From Candidatus Portnoybacteria bacterium (lineage in GTDB: Bacteria > Patescibacteriota > Minisyncoccia > Portnoybacterales > GWB1-42-6): 46,624 nucleotides of DNA. The position numbers and the translations under genes were made by a program. The stretch spans positions 1 through 46,624 of the forward strand of contig JACQXN010000005.1 in the NCBI GenBank assembly GCA_016208745.1, in the 5' to 3' direction. The number at the start of each line of letters is the position of its first letter. Position 1 is the first letter of the stretch. Positions 37,308-46,495 of this stretch are shown here, piece by piece. A model generated the notes under the pieces. The model had not been told where the DNA came from, did not search any database, and saw only the letters and a program-made list of their open reading frames with translations.

Positions 37308-40300
37308 ATGAAATTTACCCACCTCCACGTCCATAGTCACTACAGCTTATTAGACGGTCTCGGAAAAATCGATGGATTGATTGATTTGACGTTGGCACAA
37401 AATATGGACTCGCTAGCCATAACCGACCATGGCGCCTTATACGGCGCTATTGAATTTTATAAAAAAGCTAAAGCCAAAAAACTGAAACCGATTATTGGCT
37501 GCGAAATGTATGTGGCGCCAGGAGGCATGTTAAATAAACGGCCAAAAATTGATGACAAAAGGCATCACTTAGTTGTTTTGGCAAAAGACAAAACTGGCTA
37601 TGAAAATCTGGTTGAAATGACAACTAAGGCATGGTTGGAAGGATTTTATTATAAACCAAGAATTGACAGAGATTTATTAAGAGAAAAAAGCCAAGGTCTA
37701 GTTGGCCTCTCGGCTTGTTTGGCCGGCGAAATTCCAACTGCTATTTATAACGGCGACCTTAAAAAAGCCGAGGCCTTGGCTCTTGAATATCAAGAGATTT
37801 TTGGCAAAGATAATTTTTTTCTTGAGATTGAACACCATCCCGGCATAAAAGAACAGGAACCGACCAATCAAGAAATAATTAAAATCGGCCGCAAATTAAA
37901 AATTCCGATTGTGGCTACCAACGATGTCCACTATTTAAGGCCCGAGGACTCTGAAGCCCAAGATGTCCTGATGGCCGTAAATACCGGGGTGCAGCTTGAT
38001 CAGAAAGAACGCCTTTCAATGCGGTCGGATGATTTTTCCCTAAAATCTCCGGAACAAATGGCTGAATGGTTTAAGAAAATTCCCGAAGCGATTGAAAACA
38101 CTCAACAAGTCGCAAGCCTCTGCAACCTTGAATTTAAATTAGGGAATATTCAGTTGCCACACTTTAAGGTTCCAAGCGGCAAATCGCCAAACGAATTTTT
38201 AAAAGAGTTGGCTTATCGAGGCTTGAGCCGCCGCTATAAATCAACTAGTCCGGATATTTTAAAGCGGCTGGAATATGAATTAGATGTTATCTCCCAGACT
38301 GGCTTTGCTTCTTATTTTTTAATTGTGCAGGATTTTGTTAACTGGTCTAAAGAAAATGGCATTGCGGTTGGCCCAGGACGCGGCTCAGCTGCCGGCTCTA
38401 TAATTGCTTACCTCTTAAATATTACTGACATTGATCCTTTAAAATACGATCTTCTTTTTGAGCGCTTTTTAAATCCTGAAAGAATTTCTATGCCAGACAT
38501 TGACTTGGATTTTGCTGATGCCAGACGCGAAGAAGTCATTGAATACGTCAGGCAAAAATATGGAAACGACCATGTTGCCCAAATCATCACTTTTGGGACA
38601 ATGGCTGCTCGCGCCGCCATTCGAGATTCTGGCCGCGCTATGGGTTATTCTTATAATCTTTGCGACCAAGTGGCTAAAATGATTCCCTTTGTGCCTGGCC
38701 AGACCTTGGAACGCGCGCTTCACGAAACCATTGAACTGCATCAGCTTTACGATTCTGACGAACAGGTTAAAAAACTTATTGATACCGCTATGAAGCTTGA
38801 AGGCGTGGCGCGCCACGCCTCAACTCACGCAGCCGGCGTGCTTATCTCAAAAGATTCGCTGACACGAAGCGTTCCTCTCCAACACCCAACGCAAGATGAT
38901 AATATTATTGTTACACAATACGAAATGCATGCCATTGAAGATTTGGGGCTTTTGAAAATGGACTTTCTGGGCCTAAAAACCCTAACCCAGATAGAAAACA
39001 CTCTTGAAATTGTCAAAAAAACAAAGCAAAAAAATATTGATATAACTTCCCTGCCGCTTGACGATAAAGATGTTTTTAAATTATTGCAAGAAGGCAGAAC
39101 AACTGGCGTTTTCCAGCTTGAGTCTGGCGGCATGAAAAGGACGCTTCGTGACCTTGGGCCAACAGAGCTTGAAGATATTATCGCTATTGTCGCTTTATAT
39201 CGGCCCGGCCCAATGGATTTTATTCCTGAATTTATCGCCAGAAAACATGGCCTTAAAAAAATAGAGTATCTTCACCCAAAGCTTGAAACAATTCTTAAAA
39301 AAACATACGGCGTCTGCGTTTATCAGGAACAATTAATGCAGATTGCCAGAGAATTGGCTGGCTTTTCTCTGGCTGAAGCTGACACCTTAAGAAAAGCGGT
39401 TGGTAAAAAAATTAAAAAACTTTTAGACGAACAACGAGGAAAAATGATTCAAGGCATGGAAAGAAACGGCATTGAGACAAAAACTGCCGAAGAAATCTGG
39501 CAATGGGCTGAGCCATTTGCCCGTTATGGGTTCAATAAATCTCATGCCGCCTGCTACGCCACGCTTGGCTATCAAACCGCTTATTTAAAAACTCATTTTC
39601 CGACAGAATTTATGGTAGCGATTATGAATTCTGAACAAAACGATATTGAAAGAATCGCCTTTTTGGTTAATGAATGCTCGCAAATGAAAATCGATGTTTT
39701 GCCGCCTGATATTAATGAAAGCTTAGAAAATTTTACGGTTGTTAAAGATGGCGTTATTCGTTTTGGTTTGGCAGCCGTTAAAAATGTCGGCCGCAATGTA
39801 GTTGAGGCGATTGTCAAAGAACGTAAAGCCAGCGGACATTATAAATCAATCTCTGATTTTGTTGAAAGAGTGCGCGATAAAGATTTAAATAAAAAATCTC
39901 TGGAAAGCTTAACCAAATGCGGAGCAATGGATAAATTAGGAGAGCGCGGCCAATTGCTTTTTAATATGGAGTATATTTTGGGATTCTCCCGCGAAATCCA
40001 AAAATCAAAAAACAATGGCCAAGTCGGGCTTTTTGACGTTTTAAAAACAAACGGCGATCTCCAAAGCAGCGGCTTACCGCAATTAAAACTTCAGGATACA
40101 CCGCCCGCCATAAAAAGAGAACGGCTAACTTGGGAAAAAGAATTGCTCGGACTTTATATTTCCGACCATCCGGTTAAAGAATATGAATCTTACATTGAAA
40201 AAAATGCTCTGCTTTGTTCAAAAATTTCGCCCCAAATGCTCGGCAAAAATGTGAAAGTTGGCGGAGTAATTAGCAAAATCCATAAGATTATTACCAAAAC

Positions 40301-40523
40301 CGGCCGGCCAATGCTTTTTGTGACTATTGAAGACACAAAAGCAAAAATTGAAGTTTTGGTGTTTCCAAAAACCCTTGAGCAAACTGCCACTCTCTGGCAG
40401 GAAGATAAACCAATTATTGTTTCTGGCCGGCTAGACGACAAAGACGGAAATTTAAAAATTCTCTGCGAGGAGGTTCGAGAATTAAATGGAAATCATCTAA
40501 ACCATTTAAATAATTTTCGATAA
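37308..40523 (+). CDS. dnaE: DNA polymerase III alpha subunit
   Basis: PHP domain HLHVHSHYSLLDG, GPGRGSAAGS, MPDIDLDF, LLKMDFLGL, YGFNKSHA, OB fold; no intein. Confidence 0.98.
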   Translation: MKFTHLHVHSHYSLLDGLGKIDGLIDLTLAQNMDSLAITDHGALYGAIEFYKKAKAKKLKPIIGCEMYVAPGGMLNKRPKIDDKRHHLVVLAKDKTGYENLVEMTTKAWLEGFYYKPRIDRDLLREKSQGLVGLSACLAGEIPTAIYNGDLKKAEALALEYQEIFGKDNFFLEIEHHPGIKEQEPTNQEIIKIGRKLKIPIVATNDVHYLRPEDSEAQDVLMAVNTGVQLDQKERLSMRSDDFSLKSPEQMAEWFKKIPEAIENTQQVASLCNLEFKLGNIQLPHFKVPSGKSPNEFLKELAYRGLSRRYKSTSPDILKRLEYELDVISQTGFASYFLIVQDFVNWSKENGIAVGPGRGSAAGSIIAYLLNITDIDPLKYDLLFERFLNPERISMPDIDLDFADARREEVIEYVRQKYGNDHVAQIITFGTMAARAAIRDSGRAMGYSYNLCDQVAKMIPFVPGQTLERALHETIELHQLYDSDEQVKKLIDTAMKLEGVARHASTHAAGVLISKDSLTRSVPLQHPTQDDNIIVTQYEMHAIEDLGLLKMDFLGLKTLTQIENTLEIVKKTKQKNIDITSLPLDDKDVFKLLQEGRTTGVFQLESGGMKRTLRDLGPTELEDIIAIVALYRPGPMDFIPEFIARKHGLKKIEYLHPKLETILKKTYGVCVYQEQLMQIARELAGFSLAEADTLRKAVGKKIKKLLDEQRGKMIQGMERNGIETKTAEEIWQWAEPFARYGFNKSHAACYATLGYQTAYLKTHFPTEFMVAIMNSEQNDIERIAFLVNECSQMKIDVLPPDINESLENFTVVKDGVIRFGLAAVKNVGRNVVEAIVKERKASGHYKSISDFVERVRDKDLNKKSLESLTKCGAMDKLGERGQLLFNMEYILGFSREIQKSKNNGQVGLFDVLKTNGDLQSSGLPQLKLQDTPPAIKRERLTWEKELLGLYISDHPVKEYESYIEKNALLCSKISPQMLGKNVKVGGVISKIHKIITKTGRPMLFVTIEDTKAKIEVLVFPKTLEQTATLWQEDKPIIVSGRLDDKDGNLKILCEEVRELNGNHLNHLNNFR

Positions 40524-40543
40524 AAATTTCTGGATTTGAACGG

Positions 40544-40572
40544 TTGACAGATGCTGCAAGCGGTCTTAAAAT
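40544..40572 (+). promoter_or_regulatory. Sigma70 promoter of thrS leader
   Basis: TTGACA-17 bp-TAAAAT. Confidence 0.8.
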
Positions 40573-40578
40573 AAACCT

Positions 40579-40699
40579 AGAGCGACGAAGCAGACTCACC
40601 ACCTGTTGAGCTCTCGTTAGTTGCCAACGAAATTGGCGCAAAGAGTGCCCAGAAATCATGGGAAGCCAAGTGGAACCCCCCGTAGTTGCGGGGCTTGGC
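40579..40699 (+). promoter_or_regulatory. T-box riboswitch (ultrashort stem I, Thr specifier ACC)
   Basis: Stem I AGAGCGA..GCAG-ACUCACCAC-CUGU-UGAGCUCU; stem III CCCA/UGGG; antiterminator GCCAAG-UGGAACC-CCCCGU/GCGGGG-CUUGGC. Confidence 0.82.
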
Positions 40700-40814
40700 A
40701 TCAAATGATTTTTGGGTATTTTTATTTAATTTTTAATTTTGTAATTTTTAAAAATATCCTGCAGAGCAGGATTGGATTAAAAATTAGAAATTAGACATTA
40801 GAAATTACGCTGCG

Positions 40815-42620
40815 ATGAAGAATCAAAATTCCAATAGAGAAAACCAGCTAGAAATACTCCGTCACTCCACGGCACACATACTCGCGGCCGCAGTGTTTAA
40901 TATGTTCCCCGAAGCCAAATTTGGCATTGGCCCAACAATTGAAGATGGCTTTTATTATGACTTTGATTTGCCGCGAACTTTGATTCCCGAAGATTTGCCG
41001 ATTTTGGAAGAAAAAATGCGCGCCATTATCAAGCAAAATCTGGCATTTGAAAAAGAAAAAATAGATGTAAAAAAAGCACAGACTCTTTTTAAAAAAGCCA
41101 AACAGTTATATAAAGTTGAATTAATTAAAGAGATTAGCGAACAAGGGATAAGTGAACAAGTAGATAAGGACAAGAGACCCAAAAAACTTGCGACTAGTTC
41201 ACTTGTCACCATCTATAAAACCGGCAATTTTGTTGACCTTTGCCGCGGCCCGCATATTGATTCAACCGGCGAGATAAAACCGGATGCTTTTAAGCTCTTG
41301 AAGATCGCCGGCGCTTATTGGCGCGGCGATGAAAAAAATAAAATGCTCCAGCGAATTTATGGAACTGCCTTTGAAAGCAAAAAAGATTTAGGCGAATATC
41401 TGAAAAAGTTGGAAGAAGCCGAGAAACGAGACCACAGAAAACTTGGCGAATATTTAGACCTTTATAGTTTTCCCGAATTAACCGGCGGCGGCCTACCTGT
41501 CTGGCATCCAAAAGGCGCGCAAATTCGCAAACAAATTGAAGATTTTTGGAAGACAGAGCATGAAAAGCGCGGCTACAGCCTCGTCTATTCTCCGCACATC
41601 GCCAATTTAGAGATCTGGAAAAAATCTGGCCATTGGGATTTTTATCGCGAAAATTTATATTCCCCTATTAAGATTGACAACGAGGAATATATGCTCAAAC
41701 CCATGAACTGCCCTTTTCATATTTTTATTTATCAGCATCAAATCAGAAGCTACAATGATTTGCCCATAAGATACGCCGAGCTTGGAACGGTTTATCGCTA
41801 TGAACGATCGGGCGCGCTTCATGGTTTAACCCGCGTTCGCGGCTTTACTCAAGACGATGCCCATATTTTTTGCCGGCCTGATCAGATAAAAGAGGAAGTG
41901 GTCAATGTTTTAAAACTAGCTGGCCTTATGATGGAAACGTTTGGCTTTGAAAAATATAATGCTTATCTTTCAACGCGGCCGGAAAAAGCTATCGGCTCTG
42001 ATGAAAACTGGAAAAAAGCAACTTCTGCTTTGGAAGCGGCGCTTGGAGAAGCAAATATCAAATATGAAATTGATCCGGGCGAAGGAGTTTTTTATGGTCC
42101 GAAAATTGATATAAAAATAGAAGATGCGCTTGGCCGGCAATGGCAGGGGCCGACCATTCAAGTTGATTTCAATTTCCCGGAAAGATTTGAACTCTATTAT
42201 ATTGACGACAAAGGCAAAAAACAACAACCGGTTATGATCCATCGCACAGTCCTTGGTTCAATGGAGCGCTTTGTGGGCGTTTTAGTGGAAAATTTTGCTG
42301 GCGCCTTTCCTTTGTGGCTTGCGCCAGAACAGGTTTGGGTTTTGCCGATTGGCTCGCGGCATGAAGAATATGCGTTGAAAGTAGCTGAAAAAATAAAAGC
42401 GGAAAATATCCGCGTTATTGTTAAAAGCGAAAACGAAACCATCGGCAAGAAAATCCGCGAAGGCGAAATGCAAAAAATTCCATACTTATTAATCGTTGGC
42501 GATAAAGAAATAGAATCTGGTTCTGTCGCGGTGCGCGAAAGAAATAAAGGAGATTTGGGACCGATGAAAATGGAAGAGTTTTTGGAGAAAATCAAAACAG
42601 GGATAAAAAACAAAAAATAG
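40815..42620 (+). CDS. thrS: Threonine--tRNA ligase
   Basis: LRHSTAH, DLCRGPH, GAYWRG, RDHRKLG, KPMNCPFH, RVRGFTQDDAH, FYGPKID, IHRTVLGSMERF. Confidence 0.98.
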   Translation: MKNQNSNRENQLEILRHSTAHILAAAVFNMFPEAKFGIGPTIEDGFYYDFDLPRTLIPEDLPILEEKMRAIIKQNLAFEKEKIDVKKAQTLFKKAKQLYKVELIKEISEQGISEQVDKDKRPKKLATSSLVTIYKTGNFVDLCRGPHIDSTGEIKPDAFKLLKIAGAYWRGDEKNKMLQRIYGTAFESKKDLGEYLKKLEEAEKRDHRKLGEYLDLYSFPELTGGGLPVWHPKGAQIRKQIEDFWKTEHEKRGYSLVYSPHIANLEIWKKSGHWDFYRENLYSPIKIDNEEYMLKPMNCPFHIFIYQHQIRSYNDLPIRYAELGTVYRYERSGALHGLTRVRGFTQDDAHIFCRPDQIKEEVVNVLKLAGLMMETFGFEKYNAYLSTRPEKAIGSDENWKKATSALEAALGEANIKYEIDPGEGVFYGPKIDIKIEDALGRQWQGPTIQVDFNFPERFELYYIDDKGKKQQPVMIHRTVLGSMERFVGVLVENFAGAFPLWLAPEQVWVLPIGSRHEEYALKVAEKIKAENIRVIVKSENETIGKKIREGEMQKIPYLLIVGDKEIESGSVAVRERNKGDLGPMKMEEFLEKIKTGIKNKK

Positions 42621-42680
42621 TTATATTAAAAAAACGATTCTTGTAAAAGAACCGTTTTTTTGTTAATATCCGATTCATGC

Positions 42681-42858
42681 CGCGCATGTGAAAAATTTGT
42701 AGAAAAATCGAGATGAGCCGAGAGATAAAAATTGCCGAGCGACCCGCCCTAGGCGGGGAGTTTACGAGACAATTTTTATCAGAGGCGAATCCGATTTTAT
42801 CAAATTTTTTCACCCGCGCGCAGTCTTTTGGTTACTTCTCTGCTGACAGAAAAGTAAC
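42681..42858 (+). repeat. Long covarying hairpin family, copy 5 of 5
   Basis: Same architecture with compensatory changes. Confidence 0.8.
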
Positions 42859-42869
42859 TTGATTAAGAT

Positions 42870-44384
42870 ATGCAATATTACATAATCACCTACGGCTGTC
42901 AAATGAATTTGAGCGACTCGGAAAGGATTGAGGCGCTGCTGCAAAAACGCGGCGGGAAACCCGCTAAAAATGAACAGCAGGCTGATTTAATTGTGATTAA
43001 TGCCTGCTCGGTGCGCCAAACGGCAGTTCATCGGGTTTATGGAAAAATAAATAAATATTTTGTGGCAAAAAATCCCCCACCCCATCCCTCCCCCTTTGCA
43101 AAAGAGGGAGGGCGCAAGGAGAGGGTAAAAAGAATCATCCTCGCCGGCTGCCTAACGGAAAAAGACAAAAACGCGCTCAAAGATAAGGTTAGCGAAATTT
43201 GGCATCCTGATGAATATTTCTACAACGAGTCATTGCGAGGAGTCTCGCGTAGCGAGGATCCTTCGTTATACTCAGGACAGGCTCCGCAATCTCGTTGCAT
43301 ACAGCTGTCCTCGGACGAGATTGCCGCGCTCCCTCATCCCGCTACGCGGGATTCGGTCGCTCGCAATGACAAGACTACCGCCTATCTCCCGATTATGACA
43401 GGGTGCAACAATTTTTGCTCTTATTGCGTTGTCCCTTTTACTCGCGGCCGAGAAAAATCAAGACCAGCAAAAGAAATTATTAAAGAAATAAAATCGCTGA
43501 CTAAAAAGGGCTACAAAGAAATAGTTTTATTAGGACAAAATGTGAATTCGTATAAATCGAACGAGGCCTCCTCCCCTCAGATGAGGGGAGGATTGAGGTG
43601 GGGTGCTGAAAAAGCAACACCTCCCCCTACCCCCTCCTCAACTGAGGAGGGGAGGAATATTTTAAACTTCGCAGCCTTACTCAAAACAATCAACGCCCTC
43701 CCCGGCAATTTCTGGCTTTCATTTTTGACCTCTCATCCCAAAGATATGTCTGAAGAACTTGTTGAAACTATCGCCAAATGCAAAAAAGTTATTCCCTATG
43801 TTCATTTGCCGGTTCAGTCGGGCGACAATGAAATTTTGCGGAAAATGAATCGCCGCTATAGCGTTGCGCATTATAAAAATCTCATTAAAAAAATCCGCGT
43901 TGCCTTCAAAAAATACCGGCCCGCCTTCCCGCCAGTTGCTGTAACAACCGATATTATTGTCGGATTCCCCGGCGAAACAAAAAAACAATTCCAAAATACG
44001 CTCAAACTTGCCAAAGATATAAAGTTTGATATGATTTATTTTGCGAAATATTCGCCTCGCCCAGGCACCGCTGCCGCCAGATTAAAAGACAATGTGCCGC
44101 CAAAAGAAAAAGTAAAGCGATGGAAAATGCTCAATGAAGTTCTTAAAAAAACAGCGCTGGAAAGTAATAAAAAATATATCGGAAAAATTGTCCCGGTTTT
44201 AACAAACAGCGGCCCCCTCCTTTGCAAAAGGAGAGCTGGGGTGGATTTTCTTTTTGGAAAAACAATCACCGGAAAAAATATTAAAATAGAAAATCCGCAC
44301 CTGAAGATCGGGCAGATTGTAGAAATAAAAATAACCAACGCGACGCCATGGAGCTTAAAAGGAAAACCCCCACACCTAATTTGA
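42870..44384 (+). CDS. miaB: tRNA-2-methylthio-N6-isopentenyladenosine synthase with four in-frame palindromic inserts
   Basis: TYGCQMNLSDSE, NACSVR, GCNNFCSYCVVP, LLGQNVNSY, HLPVQSG, DIIVGFPGET, YSPRPGT, TRAM domain. Confidence 0.95.
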   Translation: MQYYIITYGCQMNLSDSERIEALLQKRGGKPAKNEQQADLIVINACSVRQTAVHRVYGKINKYFVAKNPPPHPSPFAKEGGRKERVKRIILAGCLTEKDKNALKDKVSEIWHPDEYFYNESLRGVSRSEDPSLYSGQAPQSRCIQLSSDEIAALPHPATRDSVARNDKTTAYLPIMTGCNNFCSYCVVPFTRGREKSRPAKEIIKEIKSLTKKGYKEIVLLGQNVNSYKSNEASSPQMRGGLRWGAEKATPPPTPSSTEEGRNILNFAALLKTINALPGNFWLSFLTSHPKDMSEELVETIAKCKKVIPYVHLPVQSGDNEILRKMNRRYSVAHYKNLIKKIRVAFKKYRPAFPPVAVTTDIIVGFPGETKKQFQNTLKLAKDIKFDMIYFAKYSPRPGTAAARLKDNVPPKEKVKRWKMLNEVLKKTALESNKKYIGKIVPVLTNSGPLLCKRRAGVDFLFGKTITGKNIKIENPHLKIGQIVEIKITNATPWSLKGKPPHLI

Positions 44385-44526
44385 ATCGGGCCAAAGGTTC
44401 AGAATTAATAAAGCCGGAAATATTTTTATTAGAAAGTCAAAATGACAAACAAAAATACGATAGAGCTTTTAAATTAAAATTGGGTGTAGGGAAAAAATAG
44501 AAAACCGTTATCAAAAATGATAACGG

Positions 44527-44946
44527 TTAAGATGTGAGACCTAAAAAGAAAAGGACCATTAGCCTAATAGCATTAAAAAATAAAATAACAAAAAGAGTAT
44601 ATCGTAATCCTAGAATCTGGCCGGAAATAAGCGCTGTTTCCTTAAGCAAAGGCAGAAAGGGAATTAGGCATAAAATGATAAGGCCAGTATAGCCAAATCT
44701 GCATATAATGCCTGAAGATAAACGGCACGCTTTGGAAGAAATATTTTCCGCCTTTTTTGAAAAAAGGCTCCAGCCGATTTTATTTAGCCCATAGAGAGCT
44801 AAAATGCTCAAAGAGCTGAATAGAATGACCGCGGATATAACTATTACGGGGCTGGCTTCTGCCATTCCCAAGGTTAAAAAAGAACTGTCCGGATGGAATA
44901 AGGCATGAATAAATCCGCCCAAAAACCATAAGATTTTTTCCACCAC
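44527..44946 (-). CDS. Hypothetical membrane protein
   Basis: GTG start with AAGGAGGTG SD; several hydrophobic helices; hairpin at 44502-44527. Confidence 0.7.
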   Translation of the reverse strand: MVEKILWFLGGFIHALFHPDSSFLTLGMAEASPVIVISAVILFSSLSILALYGLNKIGWSLFSKKAENISSKACRLSSGIICRFGYTGLIILCLIPFLPLLKETALISGQILGLRYTLFVILFFNAIRLMVLFFLGLTS

Positions 44947-45152
44947 TCACCTCCTTGGTCCGCTGTAGTCCCGCAAGGCGAGACAAAGGCGACCTTTTGG
45001 ATTTTGTTAAACAAAAAATGCCAAAAAGTTGGCTAACTAAATTATAGCTTTTTTAAGATAAAATGCAAAATAAATTGTCCACAGATAAATATAAATTAAA
45101 AAAAGAGGACCGATTTCTCGGTCCTAAAATTAAATGCAAAACAATTATAATT

Positions 45153-45419
45153 TCAATACCAAACTGCAACAACATCATAACTCAAGTCGCTCACTAACTG
45201 TCCTGCTATAAGCAGCAGGCCCGCCGCCTCTGATTCTGGCCCGGAAACTCGTATGAATGGCTTGTTTTCTCCTTTGAGGTTTTTTACCTCATCGGAGCAA
45301 ATGATAATAACAATATTGTCCGCTAGACTTGGCAAACATAATTTGAGTAGATAATCCCTAACAATCTTTCCCACAATTTGGGAACCTTCTTGCCCATATC
45401 CATGAATTTCAATATTCAC
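45153..45419 (-). CDS. Small hypothetical protein
   Basis: GTG start with AAGGAGG SD; downstream hairpin aggaccga/tcggtcct. Confidence 0.65.
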   Translation of the reverse strand: MNIEIHGYGQEGSQIVGKIVRDYLLKLCLPSLADNIVIIICSDEVKNLKGENKPFIRVSGPESEAAGLLLIAGQLVSDLSYDVVAVWY

Positions 45420-45481
45420 TATATCCCCTCCTTATTTATTAAAGAAATTTTATTTTAGAATCATAGCTTTTTTCAATTAAG

Positions 45482-46459
45482 ATGTCAATAAAAACCCGAA
45501 ATCAAAAATTAATAATCGTTCTTGGCCCGACTGCTTCTGGCAAGTCGGATTTGGCTGTGTCTTTGGCTAAAAAAATTAATGGCGAAGTTATTTCGGCTGA
45601 TTCGCGGCAAGTTTATAAAGGACTGGACATTGGTTCAGGAAAAATCACCAAAGAAGAAATGCAAGGAATCCCTCATTGTCTCTTAGGGGTTGCCGACCCA
45701 AAGCGGCGTTTTTCTGTGGCGCAATATAAAAAACTGGCGCAAGTTGCAATCAAAAAAATCCAACGACAAGGCAAAATTCCAATTATCTGCGGCGGCACGG
45801 GATTTTATATTCAGGCTGTGGTTGACAATATTGCATTGCCAGAAGTTAAACCCGACTGGAAATTGCGCAAGCAATTAGAAAAATTCAATACTGATGAACT
45901 TTTTAAAAAATTAAAAAAACTTGACCCGCGCCGCTCCAGAAATATTGATTCGCATAATCAAAGACGTCTAATCCGGGCTTTGGAAATTGTAATAAAAAGC
46001 GGGAAGCCGGTGCCTCTTTTTGTCATTCCCGCGAAAGCGGGAATCCAGAATTTAAAATCTGGATTCCGGGTCAAGCCCGGAATGACAGATTATAAAAATC
46101 TTACGCCTCCGAGCACTCTTATCCTCGGCATCAAAAAATCGAAAAAAAAATAAAAAAAACTAATTCATAAGCGTCTGATTAAACGTCTAGATCAAGGAAT
46201 GATAGAAGAAGTTAAAAAACTACGAAAATCAGGCGTTTCCTGGCGCCGCCTAGAAGAATTCGGCCTTGAATATCGCTGGATTGCCAGATTTTTACAAAAT
46301 AAAATAAGCCGCCAAGAAATGCTTGAGCGGCTGCAAAAAGACATAGAACACTTTGCCAAAAGGCAACTGGTTTGGTTTAAAAGAGACAAAAGGATTCGCT
46401 GGATTAAAGATAAAAAAGAAACTAAAAAATTAGTAAGTAATTTTTTAACCAGAACCTAG
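45482..46459 (+). CDS. miaA: tRNA dimethylallyltransferase interrupted by one in-frame TAA (46151-46153)
   Basis: GPTASGKS, ISADSRQVY, GGTGFY, RRLIRALE. The downstream ORF is in the same frame (GLEYR, FAKRQLVWF). Confidence 0.92.
46021..46087 (+). repeat. RPE-like palindromic element inside miaA
   Basis: Encodes VIPAKAGIQNLKSGFRVKPGMT; sister of the trmD insert. Confidence 0.9.
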
Positions 46460-46484
46460 AAAACCCCGCTTAAGCGGGGTTTTT
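46460..46484 (+). terminator. Intrinsic terminator after miaA
   Basis: aaaaccccgc-ttaa-gcggggttttt. Confidence 0.8.
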
Positions 46485-46495
46485 GATTACTTGAT

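Noticed and set aside
37308-40523. Intein or repeat insertion in dnaE
   Set aside because: Length and motif spacing are normal, with no intein signature.
40414-40704. 96-aa minus-strand ORF
   Set aside because: Antisense to the thrS promoter/T-box and the dnaE end.
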